From: Candidatus Eiseniibacteriota bacterium
GTDB lineage: Bacteria; Eisenbacteria; RBG-16-71-46; CAVPCR01
NCBI GenBank assembly: GCA_963702435.1
Contig: CAVPCR010000001.1
Span: 1,376,001 to 1,440,000, forward strand
Length of the DNA stretch: 64,000 nt
Direction of reading: 5' to 3'
Every line of letters begins with the position of its first letter. Within the stretch, counting starts at the first letter, position 1. The position numbers and the translations under genes are program-made. The notes under the pieces are model-generated. The model saw nothing but the letters and a program-made list of their open reading frames with translations. It was not told the origin of the DNA and did not search any database. Positions 29,027 to 38,984 of this stretch are shown in pieces.

Positions 29027-29842
29027 ATGCGACCCCTGCTCGCCGTACTGAGCCTCGCGCTCGCGACCATCCCATCGCTCGCCGCGGCCGAGCTCGACCT
29101 GAACGGCAACCTGATCGGCATCCCGCCCGTGAGCTGGGACACTCCCGGTGACCCCTGCGGGCAGTGCGCCGCTCCCTATGCCATCCTGGGTGTCGACTTC
29201 AAGGGCACCGATCTCTGGGGCATCACCCAGGGCGGCCTGCTCTATCACTTCGCGAACTGCGGCGTCGTCGAGACGGTGCAAACGCAGGTGTCCGCTTTCA
29301 CCTTCGGGCTTGGCTTCGACTCGACCAGGAATCTCTGGATCATCACGAGCCCGCAGACGGATCGCGTCTACCAGGTCGACCTGGCCGGCAGCGTGGTCGA
29401 CTCGTGGGCCACTCCCGGCGCCGGACCCGTAGGTGCGGCCTATGATGTGAGCCGTGATCTCTACTGGATCACCGACTTCGCCCAGACCCGCATCTACTCC
29501 GTCGATCCCGACACCGGGCTGCCCGGTCCCGCGTTCAACGCGCCGGCCGGCACGCGCATCGCCGGAACCGGCTACAACGCCGGCGCCGATGTCCTCCTCT
29601 ACAACGGACGCGATCAGGCAATGAGCTACTGCATCTCGGCGTCGTCCGGACAGCTCCTCTTCTCCTTCCCGGTGCCCCAGGGCGGGGGCAACAACGGGCA
29701 GGGCGCGGGCTGCGATCCGGCCACCGGCAACGGATGGCTCGCGCACTTCGAGCAGCCGTTCCTCTTCTGCGTCGAGTCCTGCGGCGGTCCGACGGCGGTC
29801 GCGCCGGCCACCTGGGGCACGATCAAATCCCTCTACGACTGA
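29027..29842 (+). CDS. Secreted beta-propeller-like protein with C-terminal TWGTIKSLY motif
   Basis: RBS AGGAGG, signal peptide, repeated GxxxD...LWI...RVYxVD blades, ends GPTAVAPATWGTIKSLYD. Confidence 0.8.
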   Translation: MRPLLAVLSLALATIPSLAAAELDLNGNLIGIPPVSWDTPGDPCGQCAAPYAILGVDFKGTDLWGITQGGLLYHFANCGVVETVQTQVSAFTFGLGFDSTRNLWIITSPQTDRVYQVDLAGSVVDSWATPGAGPVGAAYDVSRDLYWITDFAQTRIYSVDPDTGLPGPAFNAPAGTRIAGTGYNAGADVLLYNGRDQAMSYCISASSGQLLFSFPVPQGGGNNGQGAGCDPATGNGWLAHFEQPFLFCVESCGGPTAVAPATWGTIKSLYD

Positions 29843-30000
29843 AGCCGGGGAGACGATAGAAACAGCCGCGACCGCCTGTTGCACTGCAATGCCGGCGCGG
29901 TTATGATGGGCGCTGTAGTCAACCCCCCATGGCCCGCCGGTATCCGGGCAGGTGCCCCGGAACTGGCGAGTCGTTCGTGTACACTCGAGGAGGTATCCCG

Positions 30001-30498
30001 GTGTTGAAGCAAGTTGCTGTAATTGCGTCCCTGCTCGCCGTGGCGGTGGGAATCGCCTGGGCCGGCGACATGAACAAGGCCACCGCAGAACAGATGGAAG
30101 CCATGAAGGCCGCGATGTCGAAGTGCTCCGTGTGCAAGATCATGGCTCCGCATCTTGGCGAGCTGGCGCCGATGAAGATGGAAGTCGTCAAGCTCAACAA
30201 CGGTGTGGCGATCATGCACAACGTCGACAGTCCGGCCAAGGCCACCACGCTCCATGCCGTGTGCAAGGAGATGACCGCGGCCGGCGAGGGCTGCGTGGCG
30301 ATGACGGACGAGCAGGCGAAGACGCAGCTCTGCGAGAACTGCCAGGAGATGCGCTCTGTGATCAAGGCCGGCGCCACCATGGGCATCGGCGACACCAAGA
30401 TGGGCGACATCATGGTGTTCACGTCGAACGATCCGGCAGTCCAGGCCAGGATCAACGCGATGGGCGAGAAGTGCGCCCTGATGGCCGCCGAGATGTAG
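30001..30498 (+). CDS. Small secreted Met/Cys-rich hypothetical protein with two CxxC motifs
   Basis: GTG after GGAGG; signal peptide AWA-G; CSVC and CENC; upstream TTGCAC-N17-TATGAT (29879-29907). Confidence 0.8.
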   Translation: MLKQVAVIASLLAVAVGIAWAGDMNKATAEQMEAMKAAMSKCSVCKIMAPHLGELAPMKMEVVKLNNGVAIMHNVDSPAKATTLHAVCKEMTAAGEGCVAMTDEQAKTQLCENCQEMRSVIKAGATMGIGDTKMGDIMVFTSNDPAVQARINAMGEKCALMAAEM

Positions 30499-30543
30499 GA
30501 CGCGGCTCGGCCGTCAGCGCTCCTCGCGCCCCAGCCGATCAGG

Positions 30544-30575
30544 ACAAGGCCCTCCACGCCAGTGGAGGGCCTTGT
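30544..30575. terminator. Bidirectional terminator hairpin
   Basis: Perfect 14 bp stem ACAAGGCCCTCCAC / GTGGAGGGCCTTGT between convergent genes. Confidence 0.75.
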
Positions 30576-30608
30576 TGCTGGCCGCGAAAAAAAAGGCGTG
30601 CGCCCCGG

Positions 30609-31925
30609 CTAGAAGCTCGTCTCGCTCGTGAAGTCCCAGTCGGCCACCTTGAGCGCGGGGACGAGCATCGGATCCGACTCGACGTCGCTCGCGGCGATTG
30701 GCGTGGTCGCGCCGCGGATGTTCGCGAGCATGTCGACGCTGCTCATGTTCCAGCGGAAGTTCCTGAGGCCGCGCGTGACCTTGCCGTCCTCGATCGCGAA
30801 GAGCCCGTCCCGCGTCATCCCGGTCAGGAGCATCCTCATCGGATCGACGAAGCGGATGTACCAGAAGTGCGTGACGAGGATCCCCTTCTCTGTCTCGGCG
30901 ATGAGATCGGCGACCGTGCCGCTGCCGCCGCAGTCGAGGACGAGCTGGCCCGGGAACGGCGTCGGCGCGACGCCGTGCTTCCCGGCGGTGAACCGGTCGT
31001 AGAAGAGGTTCACGAACTTGCCCTGCTCGATCCACACCACCTTGCGGGCCGGGAGCCCGTCTGCAAACCAGGGCTGTCCGAAGAGGAGCGGATGGAAAGG
31101 ATCGCTCGCGAGATGCACGCGCTCGGCAACGAGCCTCTGCCCGAGCTTCCCCGCGAGGAACGTGCGCCCCTCGAACGTCTCCCGGGCGCTCATTCCGCCC
31201 CAGGTCATGGGACCAAGGAGACCGGTCACCGCCGCCGGCTCGAGGATCACGGTGTAGCGCCCCGGCGGCCAGGAGATGGGATCGGCGGCCGACGCCGCCT
31301 TCTCGATGGCGACACCGACCGCCTCCGCCACCCCGAGCGCGCCGAGATCGGGATGCGTGCGCCGCACCCAACCGCTCGCCCCGCCCCGCTCCGGCGTCGC
31401 CGAGAAGGCGGCCTCCGTGTTCCGGTGATAGGCGAAGAGCCCCCGGTTGTTGGCGATCGCGCGCGCGTTCGCCGCGGTCGAGACGATCCCCGCGACCGTC
31501 ATGCCCGCGCCCTCGGCGGCCACGACGGCCTCCCGCGCGAGTGCTGCACGCTCCTCGGGGGTGGCCGCCGCGGTGCGCTCGACGAAGCCCTCGACCGGCG
31601 GGAAGCCCGCGGGCGGGACGGGCGGCGCCGGCGGCGGCATGTACTCGGGATCCGGCGGCGCGAGCCGCGCGATCGCCTCCGCCCTCTCGACGACCGCAGC
31701 CAGCGAATCGTCATCGGCGGCGTTCACCTCGGCCGATCCCTTCTGGAGCCCGAACGCGGCGTCGACGCGGATCGTGCGGTTCGACCGCGCCACGTTCTGC
31801 GTGATCGCGTTGTTCGCGAAGCGGGTGAGCGCGTAGTCCTCCGCCTCGACTCGCACGGTCACGTGCTCGGCGGTCGCGCGCGCGAGCACCTTCCCGGCAA
31901 TCGCTCTGGCGTCCTCTTCCCGCAT
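30609..31925 (-). CDS. TldE/PmbA family protein
   Basis: LTRFANNAITQN; PGRYTVILEP; THFWYIR; TGMTRDG; NFRWN; no HExxxH. Alternative GTG start at 31988 overlaps the tldD stop. Confidence 0.9.
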   Translation of the reverse strand: MREEDARAIAGKVLARATAEHVTVRVEAEDYALTRFANNAITQNVARSNRTIRVDAAFGLQKGSAEVNAADDDSLAAVVERAEAIARLAPPDPEYMPPPAPPVPPAGFPPVEGFVERTAAATPEERAALAREAVVAAEGAGMTVAGIVSTAANARAIANNRGLFAYHRNTEAAFSATPERGGASGWVRRTHPDLGALGVAEAVGVAIEKAASAADPISWPPGRYTVILEPAAVTGLLGPMTWGGMSARETFEGRTFLAGKLGQRLVAERVHLASDPFHPLLFGQPWFADGLPARKVVWIEQGKFVNLFYDRFTAGKHGVAPTPFPGQLVLDCGGSGTVADLIAETEKGILVTHFWYIRFVDPMRMLLTGMTRDGLFAIEDGKVTRGLRNFRWNMSSVDMLANIRGATTPIAASDVESDPMLVPALKVADWDFTSETSF

Positions 31926-31984
31926 CGCAGTCCTCTCGCTCACACCGTCTCCGCTCACCCCGTCTCCACTCACACTGTCTCCAC

Positions 31985-33547
31985 TCACGCCCTGGCGCCG
32001 AGCACCGTGATTCCGCGGAAGCGCGCCGGCGACGCGCAGTGCGTCATCTGCCCCGCCTGACCCGGCTGACCCTTGCCGCAGCCCATGATGCCGAAGTCGC
32101 GCCCGTGGTCGCGATCGCCGACCGCGTCGCAGGCCCCCCAGAATTCCGGCGTCACCGACTGGTAGATCACGTTCTTGAGCATCCGCGCGCGCTTCCCGTC
32201 CACGATCTCCCAGAAGGCGTCGCCGCCGAACTGCATGTTCCAGCGCCGCTGATCGATCGAGAACGAGCCCTGGCCCTCGATGTAGATGCCGCGCCTGGTG
32301 TCGGCGATGAGATCGGCGAGCTTCGCGTCGCCCGGCTCGAGACCGACATTGGCGATGCGCACGATCGGAATCGACGCCCAGGAGTCGGCGCGACAGGAGC
32401 CGTGCGAACGCGGGAAGCCGAGCTTCGCCGCCACCTCGCGATTGTCCGAGTAGCCGACGAAGATCCCCTCGCGCACGATGTCCCAGCGCTGGCCGGCGAC
32501 TCCCTCGTCGTCAAAGCCGACCGCGGCCAGGCTCTCCGGGCGCGTGTTGTCGGCCACGATGTTCACGACCGGCGATCCGTACTGGAAGCTCCCCCGCTTG
32601 TCGGGCGTGAGAAAGCTGGTGCCCGCGTAATTGGCCTCGTAGCCGAGCGCGCGATCGAGCTCGGTCGAATGCCCCGCGCTCTCGTGGAGAACGAGCGCCA
32701 GGTGCTCGGGATCGAGGATCAGATCGCAGGCCCCGGCGGCGGGCTCGGCAGCCGCGAGCTTCTCCACGGCCTCGGCCGCCACCCGCTCCGCATGCCCGCG
32801 GAGATCGCCGGCGAGGATGTGCTCGTAGCCCCCGTTCCGCGGGGTGATCGCGTAGCTCCGGCTCTGGCTGTCGCCGGCGTCCACGGCAGAGGCGGTCTCC
32901 TCGGCCATCGCGCGCACGATGACGGACTCGATGAGCGACCCCTCGAGCGAGGCGAAGAGCTGCTCCCGGCGCGTGAAGTACATGGATGCCGTCGCCACCT
33001 TGATCGACGCGGTCTTCTTCAGGGCGGCGTTCGTCGCGAGGAGGAGCGCGATCTTCTCCGCGAGCGGCACCGTGAACGGATCGGTCGCGCAGGGTGAGCT
33101 GTAACGCACATCCTTGTGCACGGGCTCGGGGGCGAGGACGACCGGCTCCTGGATCGCGAGCGCCGAGGCGCGAGCCACGGCGACCGCCTGGCGCGCCACG
33201 CGCTCCACCTCGGCGGCGGTCAACACGTTCGACGCGGCGAAGCCCCAGGCGCCGCGGTCGAGCACCCGCACACCGAAGCCGAGGCTCTCCTCGTCCGTGA
33301 TCGACTCGACCCGTTCGTCCCGCGCCGCGAGGCGCTGGCTCCGGTAGTTCCCGATCCGGATGTCGCCGTACCCGGCGCCGAGCTTCCGGAGCACATCGAG
33401 CGCGGTTCCGGCGAGAACGCGGGCGCCCGCCGGCGGGTCGAAGAGCGAGGCGGCGGCCAGCGCGCCGCGGGGAATCGCCTGGTACGCGACGGTGAGACCT
33501 GCAACCCGGAGAAATGTCCGGCGATCGAGCGCCAGCGTTCCATCCAT
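31985..33547 (-). CDS. tldD: TldD family metalloprotease with Tat-like signal
   Basis: LDRRTFL; GFGVRVL; HESAGHSTELDR zinc motif; FDDEGV; CGKGQP. Confidence 0.9.
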   Translation of the reverse strand: MDGTLALDRRTFLRVAGLTVAYQAIPRGALAAASLFDPPAGARVLAGTALDVLRKLGAGYGDIRIGNYRSQRLAARDERVESITDEESLGFGVRVLDRGAWGFAASNVLTAAEVERVARQAVAVARASALAIQEPVVLAPEPVHKDVRYSSPCATDPFTVPLAEKIALLLATNAALKKTASIKVATASMYFTRREQLFASLEGSLIESVIVRAMAEETASAVDAGDSQSRSYAITPRNGGYEHILAGDLRGHAERVAAEAVEKLAAAEPAAGACDLILDPEHLALVLHESAGHSTELDRALGYEANYAGTSFLTPDKRGSFQYGSPVVNIVADNTRPESLAAVGFDDEGVAGQRWDIVREGIFVGYSDNREVAAKLGFPRSHGSCRADSWASIPIVRIANVGLEPGDAKLADLIADTRRGIYIEGQGSFSIDQRRWNMQFGGDAFWEIVDGKRARMLKNVIYQSVTPEFWGACDAVGDRDHGRDFGIMGCGKGQPGQAGQMTHCASPARFRGITVLGARA

Positions 33548-33628
33548 GGGTGAACCGCCGATCGCGGTGCGCCGCGCGCGCCGGCCGCGTTCCAGTTCTG
33601 GGTCCAGCTTTGCTCTCTGGCCTTCTTG

Positions 33629-34093
33629 CTAGCCGGCGCTCGCCGGCGCCGGCTGCACGACCACCTTGGGCTCGAGCGTGATCGCCGAGTTCATCGAGTT
33701 CGAGATGAGGCAGTACTTCTCGGCCTTCTCGATCAGCTCGAGCGCCTTCGCCTCATCCGCCGCCTCGTAGACGGCGATCTCGGGCGCGAGCACGATCTCG
33801 GTGATCGCGAGCTTCGAGTCGGCGCGCTGCGTGAGACGCCCGGTCGCCCCGGCGTGAAATCCGGCGAGACGGAGCCGCGCCTTCTCTGCGAGCGAGAGGA
33901 AGGTCGTCATGAGACAGGAGAGCGCCGCAGCGACGAAGAGATGCTCGGGGCTCCAGATGCCCGGATGGCCCTTGAACTCCGGGGGCGTCGCCACCTCGAC
34001 GGGCGGCAGGCCGGGGGACTCGAGCCGTCCCTTCTTCTCACCGGACCAGGTGACACTGCACGCGTAGCGATGTTCGATGGCCGACATGGGCAT
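33629..34093 (-). CDS. OsmC/Ohr family protein
   Basis: PPEFKG...WSPEHLFVAAALSCLMTTF...AEKYCLISNS, with both Cys. Confidence 0.9.
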   Translation of the reverse strand: MPMSAIEHRYACSVTWSGEKKGRLESPGLPPVEVATPPEFKGHPGIWSPEHLFVAAALSCLMTTFLSLAEKARLRLAGFHAGATGRLTQRADSKLAITEIVLAPEIAVYEAADEAKALELIEKAEKYCLISNSMNSAITLEPKVVVQPAPASAG

Positions 34094-34105
34094 GTCCTCC
34101 TCGGC

Positions 34106-34624
34106 TCAGTGCGCCGCGACGCACGCGACCCGCCAGGAGCCCTCTTCCAGGGCGAGCCGGACCACGAGCTTCTCGCGCATCACGTCGCCGCCGGCGCGAT
34201 GCGTCCACTCGATCTCGGCCTCCGGCGGCGACTCCTCCTTCCACTCGAAGCGCACGACGCGGAACTCGGTGGTGCCGCCGTAGTGCAGGAGATCCTCGAT
34301 CAGGTAGGCCGCCTGGCTCGGCGGGAAGTGGCCTCCCGGCGGTCCGGCACGATGGAGTGCGATCTCGATCGAGCGCTCGGACATGCAGGCGAGGACCGAG
34401 TCGCTCGCGCCGGCGAGCCAGGCCCGCTCGAAGGCGGCGAGCACCGCCAGGGGACTCGCCGCCGCCGGCGCGCCGCGGAGCGTGTCGTCCGCCGCCGGCG
34501 CGGCCGGCGCAGCCGGTGATGCCGGCGCCGCCGGCGCGGCCGTGACCTGGGGCTCCGCCAACGCCTCTCCGCGGCTCCACGAGAGCACGACAAGACACGC
34601 CACGACCGGGATGATCGACTTCAT
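34106..34624 (-). CDS. Secreted hypothetical protein (possibly DUF4783/NTF2-like)
   Basis: RBS GAGGAGGGAGG, signal peptide, Ala/Pro linker, SQAAYLI...WRV end. Confidence 0.55.
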   Translation of the reverse strand: MKSIIPVVACLVVLSWSRGEALAEPQVTAAPAAPASPAAPAAPAADDTLRGAPAAASPLAVLAAFERAWLAGASDSVLACMSERSIEIALHRAGPPGGHFPPSQAAYLIEDLLHYGGTTEFRVVRFEWKEESPPEAEIEWTHRAGGDVMREKLVVRLALEEGSWRVACVAAH

Positions 34625-34649
34625 GCCCTCCCTCCTCGCGACAGGACGA

Positions 34650-35114
34650 TCACCAGCGATGGTACGCGGGGTGTCCCGGCTTGACGGCCACGAAGACGCC
34701 CCGCGCGGTGGCGCACACCTGGCCGTCCGCCTCGAGCGTGGATTCGACCACGGCGCGATCGGCGTTCGACTCGACGACCCGCGCCCGCAGATGCAGCGCC
34801 ACGTGGCTCGGACAGGGGCGGCGCAGCTTCACGGCGTACTCGGCGGTCACGGTGCAGGGAGGGTGCGTGGCACCCGCCGCGCGCATCAGGTGGTAGGTCG
34901 CCGTCCAGTTCATGTGGCAGTCGAAGAGCGCACCGATGATGCCGCCGTTCACGACGCCGTCGAACGCCTGATGGTGCGGCGCCGGCTGCCACGTGGCGTG
35001 GACCTCATCGCCCGCGGCGAAGCTCTTGATGCGGAGACCCTGGGCGTTGGCAGGCCCGCATCCGAAGCAGATGTTCGCCGGGGCGTATCGATCCTGGAGG
35101 CTGGGGTCGCTCAT
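34650..35114 (-). CDS. PaaI family hotdog-fold thioesterase
   Basis: CFGCGPANAQGL; GVVNGGIIGALFDCH; VTAEYAVKLRRP; HPAYHRW. The long 5' extension in the ORF track is spurious. Confidence 0.9.
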   Translation of the reverse strand: MSDPSLQDRYAPANICFGCGPANAQGLRIKSFAAGDEVHATWQPAPHHQAFDGVVNGGIIGALFDCHMNWTATYHLMRAAGATHPPCTVTAEYAVKLRRPCPSHVALHLRARVVESNADRAVVESTLEADGQVCATARGVFVAVKPGHPAYHRW

Positions 35115-35152
35115 ATCCATGACAATACCATTCGCGTTCCCGCGCTCGCGGC

Positions 35153-36244
35153 TCAGGGCGGCGACAGGGGATAGACCCGCCCGGTCCGCGCCGTCAGGTC
35201 CACCTCGGCCGCCCACGCCGCGCCCCCGATCCGTCCGCGCACGCGATAGAGACCGGGCGCGATCTCGACGGGCGGCGCGGCAGCGACGAAACCCGGGAGC
35301 CCCGCGGCCTGGATCTCGCGCGCCCAGGCGAGCGGCCGCCCGTCCGGCTCGACGAGGAGATAGCTCCCGTCGAGGAGCAGCCAGGCTGCGGCCACCATGG
35401 ACTCGGCCGCCGGGTACTCCCACGGTGCGAGCACATGATGCCCGACGTGGAGACCCGGGATCGTCTCCCCGGCGAGAGCGCGAGCGACCAGGTCCGGCCA
35501 CGGCGAGAAGCCACGGCGGTCGTTCCAGACCTGGTTCTCGTAGAAGACCGCCGGTGCTGCGAGCCGGACCGAGCCGTTGATCATCACCGGGCGGCGGTCC
35601 GCCACGGTGTCGATGAGGGATTGCATGTTCGCCGCCCACAGCGCGACGCGGTGCGGGTGCTCTGCGGGCGGCCAGGGCCAGCGGTCGCCCTCGCGGATCA
35701 TCCAGTCGGCGAGGGTGTCGAAGGTCAGGTCGAGGAACACCCGGTCGGCGCCGATCGAATCCGCCCAGGCGGCGACGATGCGGGCGACCCCGGCGCTCAC
35801 CTCGCTCCGCGTGTGATCGATGATCGCGTCGGGGTGCTCGGGGTTCGAGAAGGCGTAGCCGACGCCGAGGACCCGGCCCTGGGTGTCGGTGAGGAAGCGA
35901 TCGAGCTCGGCGTAGAAACCGCCCCACGACGGATAGAGGGGATCGGTGGCGAAGACGTTGAAGTACCGGATGCTCTCGAGCCCGGACGCTTCGAGACGCG
36001 CGACCTGATCCTCGTGGGATCCGGGGTGGCCGTAGAGGAAGGCGTCGAAGCCGCGGACGAGCGTGTCGAGAGCGGCCGGATGCGCGAAGGGGTCCATCTC
36101 GAGCGCGACGGCGAGATGGCGCGACGGAGCCGCCGGGTCGGGACCGGGCGTGACGGCATCATCCGCCGTGCAGGCGGCGACGAGGAGGATGAGGCAGGCG
36201 CCGAGGCCCGCCCGCGCCGGACGATGCATGACCGCAGGGATCAT
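35153..36244 (-). CDS. Putative lipoprotein, possible glycoside-hydrolase-like TIM barrel
   Basis: Lipobox LLVAAC; IRYFN, RVFLD, VMING, FYENQ strand-end pattern. Confidence 0.5.
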   Translation of the reverse strand: MIPAVMHRPARAGLGACLILLVAACTADDAVTPGPDPAAPSRHLAVALEMDPFAHPAALDTLVRGFDAFLYGHPGSHEDQVARLEASGLESIRYFNVFATDPLYPSWGGFYAELDRFLTDTQGRVLGVGYAFSNPEHPDAIIDHTRSEVSAGVARIVAAWADSIGADRVFLDLTFDTLADWMIREGDRWPWPPAEHPHRVALWAANMQSLIDTVADRRPVMINGSVRLAAPAVFYENQVWNDRRGFSPWPDLVARALAGETIPGLHVGHHVLAPWEYPAAESMVAAAWLLLDGSYLLVEPDGRPLAWAREIQAAGLPGFVAAAPPVEIAPGLYRVRGRIGGAAWAAEVDLTARTGRVYPLSPP

Positions 36245-36300
36245 GGACGATCCCTCCGGGGGGCCAAGGGATGGATGTGCGCGCCGCGCCAGGCCGGGGG

Positions 36301-37284
36301 CTAGGCCGGACGCGCCGCCGGGCGCTCGCCGCGCCGCCGGCCCTCACGGCCCGCATCGCGCGCCGAGCGCCACTTCTCCCAGGTCACGACCAGCGCGCTC
36401 GCCACGAAGACCGACGAGTAGGTCCCCCAGACCACACCGATCAGGAGGGTGAACGCAAAGTCGTGGATCACGGTGCCGCCGAAGATGAGCAGCGCGATGA
36501 GCGAGAGGGTGGTGGTCAACCCGGTGAGCATGGTGCGGCTCAAGGTCAGGTTGACCGCCCGATTGATCACCTGATCGAGCGGCTCGCGGCGGTGGGCCTT
36601 CAACTCCTCGCGGATCCGGTCGTAGACGACGATCGTGTCGTTGATCGAGTAGCCGGCGATGGTGAGGAGGGCGGCCAGCACGGTCAGCGACACCTCCTTG
36701 TCGAGGATCGAGAGGACGCCGAGGGTCAGGATGACGTCGTGGAAGAGGGCGATCACGGCGCACACGGCGAAGGAGAGCCCGGGGAAGCGGAGCGCGATGT
36801 AGATGAGCATGAGCGCGAGGGCGACGAGCACCGCCTTGGTCGCCTTGTCGCGGAGCTCGCTCCCGATCTTGGGTCCGACCGTCTCCTGGCGGCGGAGCTC
36901 GCTCCCGACATCGGGCAGCCGCTTCTTGATCGCGTAGTCGATCAGTCCATAGGGATTCGCGATCTCGCCCTGGAGGAGCTCGCGGGTCTTGGCCGTCACC
37001 TCCGCCTCGGGCAGACGGAAGATGTAGTCGTTCTCGGCCCCGACCTTCTGGATCTCGGCGCCGCCGAGCCCGATGTCGGCCATCGCCGCGCGCAGGTCGG
37101 CCGTCTCCACGGGCTTGTCGAAGCGCACCTCGACGAAGCTCCCGCCGGTGAAGTCGACCGAGTACCTGGGACCGCCGTGAGCGATGAGCGAGCCGATCGC
37201 GATCAGCGTGGCGATCGCGGAGATCGCCAGCGCGAGATTGCGCCTGCCCATGAAATTGAAGTTCGTGTTGACCAGGAACTGCAT
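36301..37284 (-). CDS. secF: Protein translocase subunit SecF
   Basis: DFTGG, ETVGPKIGSEL, ALFHDV, GYSINDTIVVYDRIRE, GTYSSVFVAS. Confidence 0.96.
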   Translation of the reverse strand: MQFLVNTNFNFMGRRNLALAISAIATLIAIGSLIAHGGPRYSVDFTGGSFVEVRFDKPVETADLRAAMADIGLGGAEIQKVGAENDYIFRLPEAEVTAKTRELLQGEIANPYGLIDYAIKKRLPDVGSELRRQETVGPKIGSELRDKATKAVLVALALMLIYIALRFPGLSFAVCAVIALFHDVILTLGVLSILDKEVSLTVLAALLTIAGYSINDTIVVYDRIREELKAHRREPLDQVINRAVNLTLSRTMLTGLTTTLSLIALLIFGGTVIHDFAFTLLIGVVWGTYSSVFVASALVVTWEKWRSARDAGREGRRRGERPAARPA

Positions 37285-37319
37285 CGGAGTGAACCCCTCG
37301 TTCTCGGCGCCCCGGCGCC

Positions 37320-38882
37320 CTAGATGCTCAGCGTCTCCAGGCGACGCCGGCTCGTGATCAGATCGAAGACCATCCGCGTGAAGAGCACCGCGGTCAGCAT
37401 GTTGGCAATGAGGCCGATGGACAGGGTCACCGCGAAGCCCTTGATCGGCCCGGTGCCGTACTGGAAGAGGACGAGCGCCGCGATGAGCGTCGTCATGTTC
37501 GAGTCGACGATGGTGATGAAGGCCCGGCTGTACCCGGAGTCGATCGCCGCCCGCACCGTCTTGTGGTTCCGGATCTCCTCCCGGATGCGTTCGTAGATGA
37601 GCACGTTGGCGTCGACCGCCATGCCGATCGTGAGGATGATGCCGGCGATGCCGGGGACCGTGAGGGTGCCGCGGAGCGCGGCCAGCCCGGCGAACAGCAG
37701 GAACATCTGGAGGACCATGGCGACTACGGCCAGCGCGCCCGACGCCTTGTACCAGAAGACCATGAAGATAGCGGTCGCGATCGCCGCCACGGCGGCGGCG
37801 ACGAGGCTCGAGTGCACCGAATCGCGCCCGAGCGACGGGCCGACCGTCCGCTCCTCGGCGATCTTCACGTTCACCGGCAGGGCGCCCGCCCGGAGCACGG
37901 TGGCGAGGACCAGCGCCTCCTGGTCGTTGAAGCTGCCGGTGATCGAGGCGCGCCCGCCGGGGATCCGCTCGCGGATGACCGGCGCCGAGCGCACGACTCC
38001 GTCGAGCACGATCGCGAGGTGGTTGCCGACATTGGCCTTGGTCACCTGGGCGAAGCGGGTGGCGCCGCGGTTCGAGAAGGTCATGGTCACGCCGGGCGCG
38101 TTCGGGCGCTCGAGGTCCAGATCGAAGCGGCGCTCGGCATTGGTGACGAGATCGCCCGAGAGCTCCACGGTCCGGTTCACGAACTGGAGGATGCGGCCCG
38201 ACGCGTCGCCGATCGTCTTCGGCTCGAGCTCCCACAGGGGCTCCGCCTCGGGGAGCTGCACCCCGGCCTCCCTGGCCCGGGTGAGGAGCGCGGACACCGC
38301 CGGCACGTCCACATCGCGCACGAAGGCGCCGGTCGGCACCCCGTACTGCGGGTTGTAGAAGACGGCGAACTTCCCGGAGAAGGGACGCGTGTCGGCCGAA
38401 TCGACGCCGGCCCCGCGGAGCGCGAGCTCGCGATCGAGGCGGGTGACCACGTTGTTGGCGACCGCGGGCGGCACCACGATGCGGAACTCGAGGCGCGCGG
38501 TCGACCCGATCAGGTTCCTGACCGCCGCCTCGTCCTGCACGCCGGCCAGGTCGACGACGATGCGGTCCGCGCCCTGCTTCTGGATCACCGGCTCGGCCAC
38601 GCCGAACTGGTCGACGCGGTTGCGGAGGATCTCGACCACCCGATCGAGCGCGTCCGCCGCCTGGTCTTTCGGCACCTGCGTCAGGTCGGCCTCGAGCACC
38701 ACGTGCATCCCGCCCAGGAGATCGAGCCCGAGGTGGATGATCTTCCCGCGCACGTCCTTGGCCGCGAACTGCTGCTCCGGCGTCATCCGGAAGTAGTAGT
38801 TGTAGGTCGGCCAGAGGTAGTACGCGCCGATCGCGAAGACCGCGATGACCAGGATCAGCTTCCAGCGTGTCGTTGCACCCAT
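37320..38882 (-). CDS. secD: Protein translocase subunit SecD
   Basis: LGLDLLGG, RVDQFGVAEP, VGPSLG, GMAVDANVLIYERIREE, GPIKGFAVTL. Confidence 0.97.
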   Translation of the reverse strand: MGATTRWKLILVIAVFAIGAYYLWPTYNYYFRMTPEQQFAAKDVRGKIIHLGLDLLGGMHVVLEADLTQVPKDQAADALDRVVEILRNRVDQFGVAEPVIQKQGADRIVVDLAGVQDEAAVRNLIGSTARLEFRIVVPPAVANNVVTRLDRELALRGAGVDSADTRPFSGKFAVFYNPQYGVPTGAFVRDVDVPAVSALLTRAREAGVQLPEAEPLWELEPKTIGDASGRILQFVNRTVELSGDLVTNAERRFDLDLERPNAPGVTMTFSNRGATRFAQVTKANVGNHLAIVLDGVVRSAPVIRERIPGGRASITGSFNDQEALVLATVLRAGALPVNVKIAEERTVGPSLGRDSVHSSLVAAAVAAIATAIFMVFWYKASGALAVVAMVLQMFLLFAGLAALRGTLTVPGIAGIILTIGMAVDANVLIYERIREEIRNHKTVRAAIDSGYSRAFITIVDSNMTTLIAALVLFQYGTGPIKGFAVTLSIGLIANMLTAVLFTRMVFDLITSRRRLETLSI

Positions 38883-38984
38883 GATCGCTCGAATCCGTTG
38901 GCTAGGGGCGACGCCCTGCGGCCGCGCCCGCGTGATCGGTTGTCGGCATGAACCACGATGTTGGAGGGACGCCGGCGCGCGCCG

